Assembly: GCA_951406725.2 (NCBI GenBank)
Contig: OX597828.1
Coordinates: 38,874,001 to 38,938,000, forward strand
DNA from: Octopus vulgaris
Taxonomy: Eukaryota
DNA: 64,000 nucleotides
Direction: 5' to 3'
Shown here piece after piece: positions 25,984 to 40,194 of the stretch (its first letter is position 1; each line of letters starts with the position of its first letter). The position numbers and the translations under genes were made by a program. The notes beneath the pieces are model-generated. The model ran no database searches. It had not been told where the DNA came from and saw nothing but the letters and a program-made list of their open reading frames with translations.

Positions 25984-28199
25984 ATTTAGAGATAGCACTG
26001 ATTGATTTGTTAAATCCCAACCCCATAGTCATGATTCAATGAAAATATTTATTTCTATTGTATTCGTTAATATCTCTCTGAGATGACTTCCATCCTTTCG
26101 GAGTTGATGAAATAAGTACCAGTTTAGCATTGTGGTCAATATAATTGACTATCAACTATCTCCAAAATTTCAATTTTGTGCCTATAAAGAAAAGGATTGT
26201 ATTTCCCAATATTTACAGAAATAACTTCTCTCCGATCTTTGCTACCTATTTCTATCTCCAAGCACCCTTCTAAAGCACTTTTTGTAAAACTGTAAAATCT
26301 TCATAATACTGTATAATGAAAACCATATCTAACTTCCTTCTACTGTTTTGTTCCCAGTTGTTCACCTCATTAATTTTTTTTTTTTTTTTGTTCCTTTATT
26401 GGCCTAAAGATGGCTCAAGGTACTTGTAGCAACCATTATTATTTTAAGTATCATATGCCAGTTTGTCAATATCTATCTCGAGTTACACATTCCATTTCAA
26501 ATTTGCTGCTACATGTATATGCACATGTGCTTGTGTGTATATATAAACCCATGAATAGTTGAAGTGCTATCAGTGTTAACAATATAGACATGCCAAAGCT
26601 GATTGTTATTCCAAGTTAACACTTTTTCTGGACTCAGTGTCTTCAGCACATAAACACAGATTTTACTATAGATTTATAACCCTCAGAGTCAGTAATTTTA
26701 GATTCTCCTAAATATATTAAATCAGGATTTCTGTGTTTTAGCTTTGTATTTAAATTTGAAACTAGGATTGTCAAATGTCTTTAACAAACTATTTGAGATT
26801 ACCATCTAAAAGAATTTGCATAACCCATTTAATATCTGGAAACTGTGTGAATGCTCGTATCATTTCACATTACCAAAACCAGTATGCATTTTTATGCAAC
26901 ACAATTTTAAATGTGTGTGCATATGATATTTTGATTGCTTAAACATTATCCGAGAACTAAATCAGTATCTTTGAGAATCAAAGCTTCTTCATTGTTGTTT
27001 AGACAACAAAATTCCATTGAGTTTTCTGGAACTTACCAAACATTTTGTGTACTCTCTCTTGTTTTTGATGAATTTGTTGAATGGTCTGTAGGGGTGCATT
27101 TTTCATTCAATATGATTAACTACCAGTTTCATTCGCAAGACATTAGTCAGTCCAAGGCTATTGTAGAAGACACTTGTGCTGCAGTGTCAGACAGTGAGGC
27201 AGAAAACAGAACCATGTGGTTTCAATGTCAGCTCTGTATCCAGCCATTGCCAATTTTGGCTATACAAACTGTGAAATTGCTTAAGTGGATGAAGAGATAG
27301 AGTAGTGTAAGGTAAAGCTAGGTAAGTATTTGGAAGTACCCTCAAATGCTTTTAGAATGACTATCGTAAAATACATATATCAAATGTCAGATTTACAAAA
27401 CAGTAGTGATTTTAACTAAGAATATTATATGAAAACCAGTGAATGTTTTTCATAGCTTCATGATACAACAATCAGAATTATCATAAAGATTTCCCAGCAT
27501 GATAGTCAGAAACATTATGACACTGTTGAATGTTGTACTTAACAATATAGACATCTTGAGCTTATGACATCTCTTTCTTTAGTAAAGTGAAACATTGCTT
27601 GCATTGCTAACTACTATTCTCTTGTCTTTCTAATGAGTTATACCATCAAAGATAGACTCAACACTGTTTCAAATCACAATGGAGAGAAAAGTTGTAAGGA
27701 GAAATATCAATATCAAGGTATGGAGGCATCTATTCCTAAATAGAATTTTACTATGTCTTGGAAGAGAATACTACAAATACTACAAACTATTTGTAACTAA
27801 CAGCTTACTGTTTTACCCATGCATTTTATTTTTACAATTGGATTCACTTCTTCCTACTGACCACTTGACTGAAGTATAGGAATGTGCTGTTTTCTTTTTC
27901 TTTCTCATCATTTTGACAAAATACATGTAGCAGTCATGTGCAGGGTCATACCGCCATGGCTGTTAGATTTTGTAATTGTAACTTATGGCCAGTAGTCCAC
28001 TATCTTAACTCTATAGTCATTGTGCCTCAAAAGTGCTATAAACCCATTAGCAAACTCAATATATCGCCCATCTGCTGGACAACGATGTTATCATTTATTT
28101 GTACACATGCATTGATATAGGCAGTTGCTTTTTACAGACAATTATTATTAAAAGTGCAACTGTTCCTAAGTCCTTCAATATTTCTAGACCTGAGTAGTA

Positions 28200-28850
28200 G
28201 TTATGAGTGACATATGTTATCTTTTATTGTTGTTATTTTGGCAGTTGTAAATTAATTACCTTATGCATATCTACAGATTTGAAATTTATCATTAATAGTA
28301 GTGTTTTTGTTGTTTTTCTTCTTTCTTGCTATCAGGACTTGGCTACCTTTGTTGCTAAGATGTGATATTTGTGTAAATTTTGTTATTTTAGCTTCAATGA
28401 CTGATCTTTTAGTTTTGGTGGTGAATTTAATTTAAGATAGCTATGTTGTCAACTATAACCCACTCTGAGTTGGCATTCTAATAAAACAGTTCTATGTCTG
28501 CTTTGTCCTGTATTATGTTGCAATTTTTGCAATATATTTGTAAGTTACATTGGTCATCTGAAGTTTGTTCAGTGGTATGTTGCTGATTCTGTATTGAATT
28601 CTCTATAGTTCTAATAGATTAGTTTTAACTTGCCTGTATATGTATCTTTGATTGTTATTCCATTAATTTCTTTTGGTTTTGATGTATATATTGGAGGAGA
28701 TTGTTGGGGCTTTTCTCAGTTGTGTGTTTCACAACTGATAATGTGTATTTCTGTGAACATTCACCTTTCTCTATGTTGTATGTATGGATATTAAGGTTTT
28801 TAGTGTAAACTGATGAAATAATTTTGTTTTTTAGTCACCTGAATTTTTAA
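28200..28850 (-). mobile_element. Possible highly decayed Penelope (GIY-YIG) fragment
   Basis: Weak minus-strand similarity (GEC..K....V..T, TYTG, EW.IV) to Penelope endonucleases; many stops. Confidence 0.25.
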
Positions 28851-28877
28851 TCAAGTTATTTTGGATAGTAAAATTGG

Positions 28878-29222
28878 TATGGCTAGGTGTGTTAAGTTTG
28901 CTTCCCAACCACATGTTTCTGAGTTCACTCTTGCTGCATGGCATCTTGAGCAAGTACCTTCTACTATAACCCTGGGCTAACCAAAGCCTTGTGAGTGAAT
29001 TTAGTAGACAGAAACTGAAAGAAGCTCATTGTGTGTGTGTTTGTCTGCCACTACCTCTTGACAACTGGTCTTGGTTTGTGTACACCCCTGTAACTTACTC
29101 TCTGTGTTTTTCTCTGAACCACTAAGTACCAGGCTTTAAAAAAAATAAGTACTGGTGTCAGTATTTTCAACCCTTCTTGGTGGTGTCCCAGCATGGCCAC
29201 TGTTCAGTGAATGAAACAAGTA
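28878..29222 (+). mobile_element. tRNA-derived SINE (family A), near full length
   Basis: TTGCTTCCCAACCACATG..GAGTTCA..GCAAGT..CTTCTACTATA..CCAAAGCCTTGTGAGTGAATTTAGTAGACAGAAACTGAAAGAAGC..CAGCATGGCCAC..GAAACAAGTAAAA. Confidence 0.75.
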
Positions 29223-29796
29223 AAATATATGAATTTTCAAGTTTTCCATTAAAGCTTTCCACTTACTGCTCACCTATTAACATTCACAGTATAAATTGGA
29301 AGTTTTTGTTTTGGTACTGCTGTTTGTTATTTGGAAGCAATAGGATGCAAGTCTAATACAGTTCACAAGATGATGTGTCTGTCTAGTTTTGGGAGATCAA
29401 GAGCTTTGTGGTGCTGTAACGGAACAAAGTAATTACAAGAAGACTGATACTCATGTTCTGGCAAACAGTGATTTTAAAGTGGTGCAAAAGTTGACTTTTG
29501 TAATCACATTAATGGTAGGGACTTAAATTACAACTTCAGCATGAGTGGATAATAATAATCCCAATAGAGAGCATGTGGGACTAGGGTGATGGTTGAATGA
29601 TTTGAGGAAAGTGACAATAGTCAAACAGCTTTAATGTTTGAGATGATGGCCTAACTTGAATACATTTCAATTAATTTTCTTTTAAATGAAAATCCGCAAT
29701 CATATTCACAGTTTATCTCTATAAACATGAGTGTAAATCCTCGTACATCAGGTTATTTTTGAGTTAATTCAAAAATACCTAGGAGCAATGAGAAAT

Positions 29797-30362
29797 CATC
29801 ATCATCATCATCGTTTAATGTCCGCTTTCCATGCTAGCATGGGTTAGATGATTTCTGAGGTCTGGCGAACCAGATGGTTGCACCTGACTCCAATCTGATC
29901 TGGCAGTTTCTACAGCTGGATGCCCTTCCTAATGCCAACCACTCCGAGAGTGTAGTGGGTGCTTTTACGTGTCACTGGCACGAGGGCCCGTCAGGCGGTA
30001 CTGGCAATGGCCATGCTCAAATGGTGTTTTTTACATGCCACCTGTACAGGAGCCAGTCCAGCGGCACTGGCAACAACCTCGCTCAAATGTTTTTCATATG
30101 CCAGTGAGGCGATGCTTGTAACGATCGTGCTCAAATGGTGCTTTTTACATGCCACCAGCACGGAAGCCAGTCAGCTGCTCTGGTAATGATCACACTCGGA
30201 TGGTGCTCTTAGCGCTCCACTAGCACAGATACCAGTCATCGAATTTGATTTCGATTTCACTTGCCTCAACAGGTTTTCACAAGCAGAGTTTTGTGTCCAA
30301 TGAAGGAAAGGTACGCATAAGTGGGCTGGTTACACCCCTGGCATAGGCCACGGGTTATGGTC
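29797..30362 (-). mobile_element. RTE-family LINE 3' UTR copy
   Basis: (ATC)n tail, TTTCCATGCTAGCATGGGTT, CAGCTGGATGCCCTTCCTAATGCCAACCACTCCGAGAGTGTAGTGGGTG and about 5 hairpin units; reverse complement of the 151-665 type. Confidence 0.88.
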
Positions 30363-30564
30363 TATGCTGCACAATAATCTGTATGTATATCCTGATATTC
30401 TGTATATTATTCAGTTAATAAATTATTAGTGTTTTAAAAGGGGTTTTTTCAATGCTACAATAAAGATTTTACGCAATTTGATAGATGTAAACCCCTTTGT
30501 ATTTTCATAGCTGCCTATAGAAAGAGAGCTTATAAACCTAGTTTTACTAACAGCTTAAATGAGA

Positions 30565-30868
30565 TTCCTGGGCAAGTGTCTTTTGCTATAGCCTCAGGCT
30601 GATCAAAGCTTTGTGAGTGGATTTGATAGATGGAAACTGAAAGAAGCCTGTTGTGTGTGTGTGTTCGTCCCCCACTACCACTTGACAACCGATGTTAATG
30701 TGTTTACATCCCCATAGCTAAGCAATTTTGGCAAAGAGACCAACAGAATGAATGAGTACCAGGCTTAATGAAAAAAGGGTAAAAAAAAAATAAGTATTAG
30801 GCTCGATTCTTTCGACTAAATATTCAAGGCAATGCCCAGCATCATGGCTAAAACAAATGAAAGATAAA
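30565..30868 (+). mobile_element. tRNA-derived SINE (family A), partial
   Basis: GGGCAAGTGTCTTTTGCTATAGCC..GTGAGTGGATTTGATAGATGGAAACTGAAAGAAGCC. Confidence 0.7.
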
Positions 30869-31315
30869 TTATGTATATGAAAGAAATCCTGTCCAAACTA
30901 CTTTCCTATTTTGATTTTATTGTTGCCTCTAGGCACAGTGTAATGGTTCAGATCATTTGGAGATTCCTATGCACCTTAAAATCAATCAGTCCTGATGGTA
31001 CAGACCTATGCTCAGAGGTATTCCAACCATAACTGTCATGTCATTTTCTCAGACCTACTACATTTGGGACTACATTTTCCAGTATGTCCTTTAAAAGGTC
31101 AGGCGTGATTGAAATGGTGCTTGACTGTTATTTTTTTGCAGGTCAAGTGACCATGTGGAGGTTTAATCATGTTTTATCATTTGTTTGTTATTGGATTGTA
31201 GCTATCATGGGACACTGCATTCCAGGGCTTAACCAAACAAATCTAACCCAGTCCAAGTTTGGTACTTATTATATCAATATATATATATATATATATGTAT
31301 GTATACACACGCACA

Positions 31316-31550
31316 CAGGGTGGCCCAAATGTAGGTTTACAGTTTTCATGTAGGCGCTTTAAATTTCTTTTAAAACATTTGATTACATTTAAGTTTCTAT
31401 CTTACAAACTGGAAAGGGAGCTTGACAAAATTAACTAAATTAGCATAGAATTATGGTATCATGTTTTTTTATAATTAAGATCTAAACTGTTAATATATGA
31501 ATGCAAAAGAATTAGTTGAATAACTGTAAACCTACTTTTGAGCCACCCTA
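31316..31550. mobile_element. Tc1/mariner-like MITE, 235 bp
   Basis: 29-bp TIRs CAGGGTGGCCCAAATGTAGGTTTACAGTT / AACTGTAAACCTACTTTTGAGCCACCCTA. Confidence 0.8.
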
Positions 31551-31627
31551 AATACACACACATACACACGTCTGTGTGTGTGCATATATGTACATTTTTA
31601 TATGTGTTTGTATATCTATATATGTAA

Positions 31628-33716
31628 GAGTCATACCCAATGACTGGCGTAGCAGCACCATAATCAGCTGCTACAGAGGTAAAGGTGATGCTTTAGATAG
31701 AAATAACTACAGGGGTATCAAATTACTGGATCAGGTGATGGTCACAGAGAGGGTCATAGCCCAACAAATTAGGTGAGAAAGTTAGCCTAGATGGGATGCA
31801 GTTTGGTTTTGTTCCATGTAGGAGCATCACTGATGCTATATTTCTGGTAAGGCGACTGCAGGAGAAATACTTAACCAAAGATAAACCTCTGTACTTGGAT
31901 TTTGTTGACTTGGAGAAAGCCTTTGACAGGATCCCCGATCCCTTATCTGGTGGGCAATGTGGAAACTAGGGATAGACATGTGGTTGGTAAGTGCTGTGCA
32001 AGCTCTGTACAGGAATGCTGTCAGTAGGGTGAGGGTTGGCAACGAGTAGTGAAGAATTCTGGGTAGAAGTAGGGGTCCACCAAGGATCAGTCCTCAGACC
32101 CCTCTTATAGTCCTCCAGGCAATAACAGAAGAATTTATGATAGGCTGGCCCTGGGAGCTCCTCTATGCTGATGACCTTGCTCTAATTGCTGAATCACTAC
32201 CAGAACTATCAATGAAGTTTCAAGTGTGGAAGCAAGGTCTAGAATCGAAGGGCCTTTGAGTCAAGCTCGCAAAAACCAGTCTTAGTAAGTAAGTAAGGAA
32301 GGCGGACAAATCACAAACCCCTTCAGGTAGATGGCCCTGCTTGATCTATAGGAAAGGTGTAGGCAGAAAATCCATAAGATGTACCCAGTGTAAGCTATGG
32401 ATACAAGAGGTGCAGTAATATCAAAGGATGGTTAACCAGGAAAATAGTTTTTGTGTGTGACAGATACACAGGGGAGTTAAACACTGAAGATGTTCAGAAA
32501 ACAGATTCCATCATACACCAGGGTGAGAAACTAGAAGTAGTCGATAGCTTCTGCTACCTAGTTTGTAGTGGTGGTGGATGCTCTGAGTGCTTTACCACTT
32601 GAATAAGAATAGCCTGGGCAAAGTTTAGAAAGTTCCTACCTCTGCTGGTAACAAAGGGCTTCTCTATGAGACTGCATGATACATGTGTGCGAACAGCCAT
32701 GCTACACGGCAGTGAAACATGGGCCATGACTGTTGATATACGTAGGCTTGATAGAAATAAAGCTAATATGATCCACTGGATGTGTAATGTCAGTGTGCAC
32801 ACACAACAGAGTGTAAGTACCCTGAGAGAAATGTTGGACATAAGAAGCATCAGATGTGGTGTGCAAGAGAGACAACTGTGCTGCTATGGTCATGTGCTGC
32901 ATATGGATGAGGAGAGCTGTGAAGAAGTGTCACATCCTATCAGTGGAAGAGGGAGACCCAGGAAGACATGGGATGATGTGGTGAAGCATGACCTTCAAAC
33001 GTTGGGCCTCACAGAGGTAATGACAAGAGACCAAGACCTTTGGAGGTATGCTGTGATTGAGAAGACATGGCAAGTAAAGTGAGATCACAGCTGTGACTGA
33101 TATCAGTGTCATATAACCATCCCATTTAAAAGTACCCTTGAATTGTTGGGCAATAAGCTGTGCTTGAGGAGACCTGTTGAGTCAAGTGAAATCGAGTCAT
33201 GGCCAATGATCCAGCAAGTAAAGTGAGATCACAGCCGTGGCCTATACCAGTGTCGCATAACCAGCCCATTTAAAAGTACCTTGAACTGTCGAGTGATACA
33301 CTGTGCTTTAGAAGACCTATGGAGTAAAGTAAAATAAATCAAAAATCAAAACCAAAATGAAAATTGTAGTTGTAGCTGATGCCAGTTCCACCTGACTGGC
33401 TGCCAGTGGCACATAAAAATCGCTATCCGAACGTGGCCGATACCAGTCCCCACTGACTGGCTCCTGTGCCGATGGCACATAAAAAGCACCGTCTGATCAT
33501 GGTCAATTCCAGTATTGTTTGACTGGCTCCTGTGCCAGTAGCATGTAAAAAGCACCCACTACACTCTCGGAGTGGTTGGTGTTAGGAAGGGCATCCTGCT
33601 GTAGAAACCTTGCCAGATTAGAGTGGAGCCTGGTGCAGCCTACTGGCTTGCCACTCCCCATTCAAACCATCCAACCCATGCCAGCATGGAAAACAACCAC
33701 TAAACAATGATGATGA
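31628..33716 (+). pseudogene. Decayed 5'-truncated RTE LINE (RT, PHD remnant, 3' UTR)
   Basis: VIPNDW..YRGKGDALDRNNYRGIKLLDQVM, ELLYADDLAL, TAMLHGSETW and GRGRPRKTWD are collinear with 56011-58845 but carry frameshifts and stops; (GAT)n tail. Confidence 0.92.
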
Positions 33717-34587
33717 TATATATATATGACTGGATGCCATCAAATCAAGCCATAAGACTTTAGTCAGCCCAAGGTGTCATATAGTGGGACTGAACCCAAA
33801 ACTGTGGTTGTGAAACAAACCACTTACCACACAACCAGCAATGTCTGCACTCATCATTTTTCATATTTGATTTCATTAATACATGTTCTTATAATTTGTT
33901 TTGGCTATCATTGGCCAAGGTCATGACACTAAAAGCGGTGCTGGTGCATGACTTTCAATGGGATATCATGATGCAAAAATATTGTTGAAAAAGGATATTC
34001 TGAAAAGAGCTGCATTGCAGGTCTCCAAGATATAACATTGCCATTTCACATAATTTCTTCAGATATATTTATATTATATATATGTATCTGAAATCCATTC
34101 AAAACTGTTTTCTTGTTTGATTTTATTGCCTATTCTAAATTTTTTGCTTATGGCAATGAATCTGATTTTATTTTGTGTTTGAGTATCTGGGAACAAGAAA
34201 ATCAATTGTCTTTCTCATTCTCTATTCATATTTAATCCTTCTGCACATTATGCGTATTTATATATTATAAATCTGCTATACATGTGTGCTTCCAGGTTTG
34301 TGTCTGTCAGCCTGGAAATTTGTCTATTTAACATTTGTGAGCCAGCTACTGTTGAAAGATGGAGAAAAAAAGGACGGAAGATATTTTGTTGATCTCTTTG
34401 GTCTTCTCTTTTTGATTTAAGTCTGTTGATATTACTTTTATAATATAGTTGTGATTTTACTTATGATGTGGAGAAGCCACAGTTATCTCTACTTGGAACA
34501 GATTTCATTAAGCAAATACATTATAACTGTTTATTAAAAAACAAAATAGTATTTAATCATTTTCAACAGGATTATATTACAATTGTG

Positions 34588-34832
34588 GGACAGTCACCTA
34601 GCCAATAAAGCACATGCACTTTTTCCCATTATTAGTCAACTAGTTAATCAGTTAACAAATTGATTAACCAGGTGCTCAATCTGTCAGTTTGTTTGTCAGA
34701 ATCCTTTCATTGCCAAATTTTTTTATCAAGCAGTCAGTTCATTGGTTAATTAGTTTATCTGATTTTAGTTGAATTAAAGTAAACAATGAAATAGAGCTAG
34801 TGCATGTGGCTTTATTTGCAAAATGACCCTCC
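34588..34832. mobile_element. Degenerate palindromic MITE
   Basis: GGACAGTCACCTAGCCAATAAAGCACATGCACT versus reverse complement of the right end GGAGGGTCATTTTGCAAATAAAGCCACATGCACT, plus an internal inverted segment. Confidence 0.55.
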
Positions 34833-35212
34833 AAAGACACAACATCTGTTTCATGACAATCCATACCTCTAATATGTAAATAACAAGTTTATTTTTCATT
34901 CTACCAAACAACAGTCTTCAGAATAACTCCTGTGATAGTCATTTTTTGGTTAGAGATTTTGTTTTTCATCTGAGTTTCTCCAGGATTTAATTTTGCACTC
35001 TTTGATAGTTTCATTTTGAAATCAGAAAGTTCAGTAAACTCATTTTTTAATTATTATTTTCTAAAAAGAAAACAAAAATTCACATTTTCTGATAATCTTA
35101 TAAAATATTCTGTATGATTGAATCAACTGATTTCACATAAATGTGCTTTGTCACCTTGCCATGTTATCAAAATGGTTTTAAAAACTTACCTTTCTACTAA
35201 TCATGCCTTTCA

Positions 35213-35946
35213 TCATCGTTTAATGTCCGTTTTCCATCCTGGCATGGGTTGGACAGTTTGACTGAGGTCTGGAAAGCCAGTGGCTGCACCAGATTCCAAT
35301 CTGATCTGGCAATGTTTCTACAGCTGGATGCCTTTCCTAATGCCAACCACTCCAAGAGTTTAGTGCATGCATTTTACATGCCACTGGCACAGGATCCAGT
35401 CAGGCAGCATTGGCATCGATGACATTCAGATAGTGCTTTTTACATGCCACTGGCATGGGAGCCAGTCAGGGGGCACTGGCATCAGCCACATTCAGATGGT
35501 GCTTTTTAAGTGCCACCAGCATGGGAGCCAGTCAGGCACCACTGACATCGACCATGTTCGGATGGTGCTTTTTACATGCCACAGGCACAGGAGCCAGTCA
35601 GGGAGTACTGGCTACAGCTACAATTTTGGTTTTACTTAACAGGTCTTCTCAAGCATATCATGTTGCCTGATTGCATCAAGGGTACTTTTAAATGGGCTGG
35701 ACATGCAACACTGGCATCAGCCATGGCTGTGATCTCACTTTAGTTGCTGGGTCTTTTCAATCACAGCATATCTCCAAAGATCTTAGTCTCTTATCATTGC
35801 CTCTGTGAGGCCCAACGTTTGAAGGTCATGCTTCACCACTTCGTCCCATGTCTTCCTGGGTCTACCTCTTGCACAGGTTCCTTCCACTGTTAGGGTGTAG
35901 CACTTCCTCACACAGCTGTCCTCATCCATACATAACACATGACCAT
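35213..35946 (-). mobile_element. RTE LINE 3' fragment (ORF C-terminus plus 3' UTR)
   Basis: YGHVLCMDEDSCVRKCYTLTVEGTCARGRPRKTWDEVVKHDLQTLGL; 4 hairpin units; conserved tail. Confidence 0.9.
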
Positions 35947-37824
35947 ATTTTACATTAAATTTATAGCTCTCTAAAAATTGAAACACTTCAATTACATATC
36001 TGTAGTATAGAAGTAGACAGTTTAAGAAACCTCATTGATTTTTGTGGCATGATCTCATTAAATCAAATTTTGTTTAATTGTTTTTAATAATTTTTTCTTT
36101 AAAATATTTATCATATAAAGTTTTTTTTTCCTTCAGTAACTTAGCTCAACTACTTGTCTACAGTAGTCTAGAAATACAAGTTCAAATTTATTTGGTACTA
36201 TCATATATCTCTAGTGATTCATTAGTACTATTTTTCCATTAATGATTTCAGACTGACACTAATCGCAGACATTTGTTAGAAATAACTGCATCATTACTCG
36301 ATAGGTTCATAATTTATCTCCTTTTAGCAATAATTAAAGCAAATCTCTGAATGTTATTAATAATTATTGATAGAATTGGATGGCAAACTTTGAATAAGTA
36401 AATTAATAACAAAGTGAAGCCATTTCATGTACATGTTCTCTGAGAAATGAATGAGTATGACAAATTTGTTTTCCTTCTTCAAATGTTAGGCTTTGTTTTT
36501 AAGTAATCAGTATGACTTAAATTTGGGCTTAATTAAAACGAGTCTTATTTTTGCTTATGTTTCTTCTCTGAGAAGCACAATATAAATTAGCTTCTTCCAT
36601 TTCTACCACTAAGATTAATTTGGGCTAGGACGAAATGTGCTGAGTATAATGGGAGTATGAGAAAAATGCTGAGTATAAAACATCATGAAAAAGTAAAAGA
36701 ATTAAATGAGTTGCATCATAGAAAAACTTGTTACCTAGAAATGTTTAATTAATTATTACACAGCCCTAGGCAGGACTGTGTGTTCATACAGAATGGTAGC
36801 TAGATGTGTTACCTTTGATAGGTATACTAAAGAATATCAAAGAACACTATCAAAGCCAAGAACAAAATAACCAAAGATATAAACAACTTTTGTTAATTCA
36901 CTATATCATAATAAGAATCTGCTGTCACAAAATAACTTTAAATGAAATTATTCAATATAACAATTTTAATCTCTAAATCAGCTTTTTCATTTAACCCCCT
37001 TATAATCTTAGAAAAGTTTGATAAAATTGATAAATTAACATAATTAGATTTTTATCTCCTTTTTCCCTGTATTTGTCCTCTAGAGATCTACAAAAAGTTC
37101 ATTTAAAATCGATCTCATTAGTTAACTTCAAGAAGCCTGATAAATAAATGCTATCCACCTCCTATTCTGAGTTGAAACTCTTTGTAAATAATCTTTAGAA
37201 TCTCTTTAATTCTAAATTAATAAATTGAAGACCCTAAATTCTAAAATAAATAACTTAGGCTATTTTTCACAGTAAGGTCTTTAATTAATCTAAATACCCA
37301 TCTCATATTTGTACATAATGAATTCTTATAATAAATGGAACAGTGAATTTCTTTTTGTTTTTTAGTGAGAGGAAGATAGTGGATAAATTATGTTGTATTA
37401 CATACAGCATTGAATCTGGTATAGAAATGTAATATATCAAGAAGAAAGTTTTATTCTGTTTTTTACTGCTAAAATTATATAGGATACAAGGATTCAAAAT
37501 GGATATAAAAACATTTAAAAAATAGTCACCGAGATTAATTTTTGATAAGTAGAAAAGTCTTGCTTGTTTTATAAATTAACTAATGCTGCCTTATTTTAAT
37601 GCAATATGAATTTTAGCATGCATTTAAGATCAGTCAGATCTGTAGATCATAAGAAGCACTTCAAGTATCTTAACTAATTCGTATCAGCATGAAGAAAGTA
37701 AACCATAAACTCAAGAAAAATATTTGTTCTATTTTTAGTACTCTGTATTTGATTCCTGAGAAGATTTCAGATTTGGGGAGATTCACTTGAAATGTGAAAC
37801 ATGTTTTTGCAGACAGATAACCTA

Positions 37825-38052
37825 TTTCTTTATTACCCACAAGGGGCTAAACACAAAGGGGACAAACAAGGACAGACATAGGTATTAAGTCGATTACATC
37901 GACCCCAGTGCGTAACTGGTACTTAATTTATCGACCCCGAAAGGATGAAAGGCAAAGTCGACCTCGGCGGAATTTGAACTCACAATGTAACGCAGACGAA
38001 ATACCGCTAAGCATTTCGCCCGGCGTGCTAACGTTTCTGCCAGCTCGCCGCC
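37825..38052 (-). mobile_element. Young tRNA-derived SINE (family B) with 20-bp TSD
   Basis: Direct repeat TTTTGCAGACAGATAACCTA at 37805-37824 and 38053-38072; B-box GAGTTCAAATTCC; core GCCTTTCATCCTTTCGGGGTCGATAAATTAAGTACCAG (resembles the MetaSINE-type central domain); CpGs intact. Confidence 0.9.
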
Positions 38053-40194
38053 TTTTGCAGACAGATAACCTACTTAATGCAAACCATTGAAGCATGCATG
38101 GTTTTTATTTTCAGTGAAAATAAAATGAACATGGCAAATATACGTTGTGCAAATGCAAAGCTGTGGCAGTAAAACTGAACAAAATTCAAAACTCTTACCT
38201 GAAAACTGATACTTAAAACTTCAATTTGAAAGCGATAGCTATGTGTTATGGGATATTGGACTGCTTGACCAAAGGTCTTAAATTTCTAATACTAAATAGC
38301 ATTGCATTCCCAAAACTGTGACCTTGTAACTGTTAATCATTTTTACAGAATGATCTAATACAATCTACTGACCAGTTCTGTTGTAAAGATAAGGTCACAA
38401 TCAGGCAGTGACACAGTAGTGTAAATCAAACTATAAGATAAGGATTGTAAAGAGGAGGGAGGAGGTTAAGTAACATTATTAAAAGTAATATTAATCTCCA
38501 TGAGTATTTTCACGTCATTCAGTTATTTGTAATTTGTACCAATTAAGTTATTGCTTTCAGCCTTGATCAAGCCAGACCTACAATGAAAACATTCAAGCTC
38601 TCTCTCTCTTAAATAGTGTATCTGCATGTCTGGATTACATTATTCAATGTACCATTTTTTAAGGTGGTAAGTGGGGTTTGTGAAAAGTTTGGCTGCTATT
38701 TCTGGCAGCTCATGCTCATCAAGTAGTTTAATACTATGAACTGCTTAAGTCATAAATTGTAATTACTCTACATGTTTCTCATGGCTCTTCTTACATTATG
38801 TGGATAAACAGTGTATTTAGGACATTACTTAAATTAAGGGTGCAGTGTTCATATGCATCATGTCCAATATAATGCATCTCTAATTTTCTGTCTCCTTCAT
38901 AAAAGACATTACCTTTTCAGCATTTTTTCACTTTTATATTCTTTTATTTTCTCTTGTACAACTCAAGAGCTGAGTTGATAACCAGTCTATATCAACAACA
39001 GCCTTGAGACAGCGACACGTAATATTTAACATTCAATGATAAAATTTGTAAAGACTATTCAATATAGGAGAGACTATCACTACCACATCACATGCAACTT
39101 CCTGTTTCAATTTGAGTGCATAGCAAAAGTAAACTGAGACTCCAAATATTTTACTCTTGGGTCCCCACTTACACTCTGCAAAATCCAAAAACACTCCACT
39201 CTATATTTGCATTTCAGTTTATACTTCTTTAGCAAGAAAACCAAGCTAGATTTAAGTTTTCTTATTCACAATTGAATTATGAACTATTAATTAGTAAATA
39301 GCATTTTTTTTCTTCCATTCTTATTCCAAGAACATGAGTGACCAAACCAATAGGGATCTATGAAAAGGTTTGGTCAGCAATAACATTAAGATGAAACATT
39401 TTGAGTTGTTCTATATTGAACAACATAAACTTAATATATATAGACATAAAGTGGTGGGATTTTAAATGGTGTCCTAATTACGTTATTTTAACTACATTCT
39501 AGAAAAAGCTTAATGAGAAATAACTTGGGTTTCTTTTGCTTTCCTTTTTTCTTGTGATTCCTTTATTAATTTGACAGTCCATATCAGCCCACAGTTAAAA
39601 ATCTGAGATAAACTAATTGTTATATTGTAGGAGACATATCTGTCAACTATTTAACACCATGAATAGATTTTTTTTTAAAATAGCAAACTCTAGCGTATAG
39701 CCTCCCAAAAGCCATACAATTATCTATGGTGAATAATCCTGCTTAAATTAAGTTCAGTCAACAGTCCTCCCATGTACCAGGATTACAGCACTCTAGCAGC
39801 ATTTCACACTCCAAATCTTCCTGCCTAGTTATGATGGTTGAACCCTAAGAAAGGAATCAATTGCATTCTCTTATCATTGTCATCATTATTTAGCATCTGT
39901 TTTCTATGCTGTCATGGGTTGGACAGCTTGTCATGGGCAGGCAAGACCAAGGATTGCACTAGGTTCCATAGTCTGTTTTGGCTTGGTTTCTACAGCTGGG
40001 TACCCTTCCTAACATCAACCACTTTACAGAGTGTACTGGTTGCATTTTACATGGTACCACCACCAGTGCTTTTTATTTGAAGTAAAAATTATAGACCTAA
40101 AGCTGTCTTCAAGTACATTATATATTACTCAGTTTAATGATTTTTAAATCAATCATTCATGTTTTTCCAAAAGACACCAACCTGCAAATGTCTT

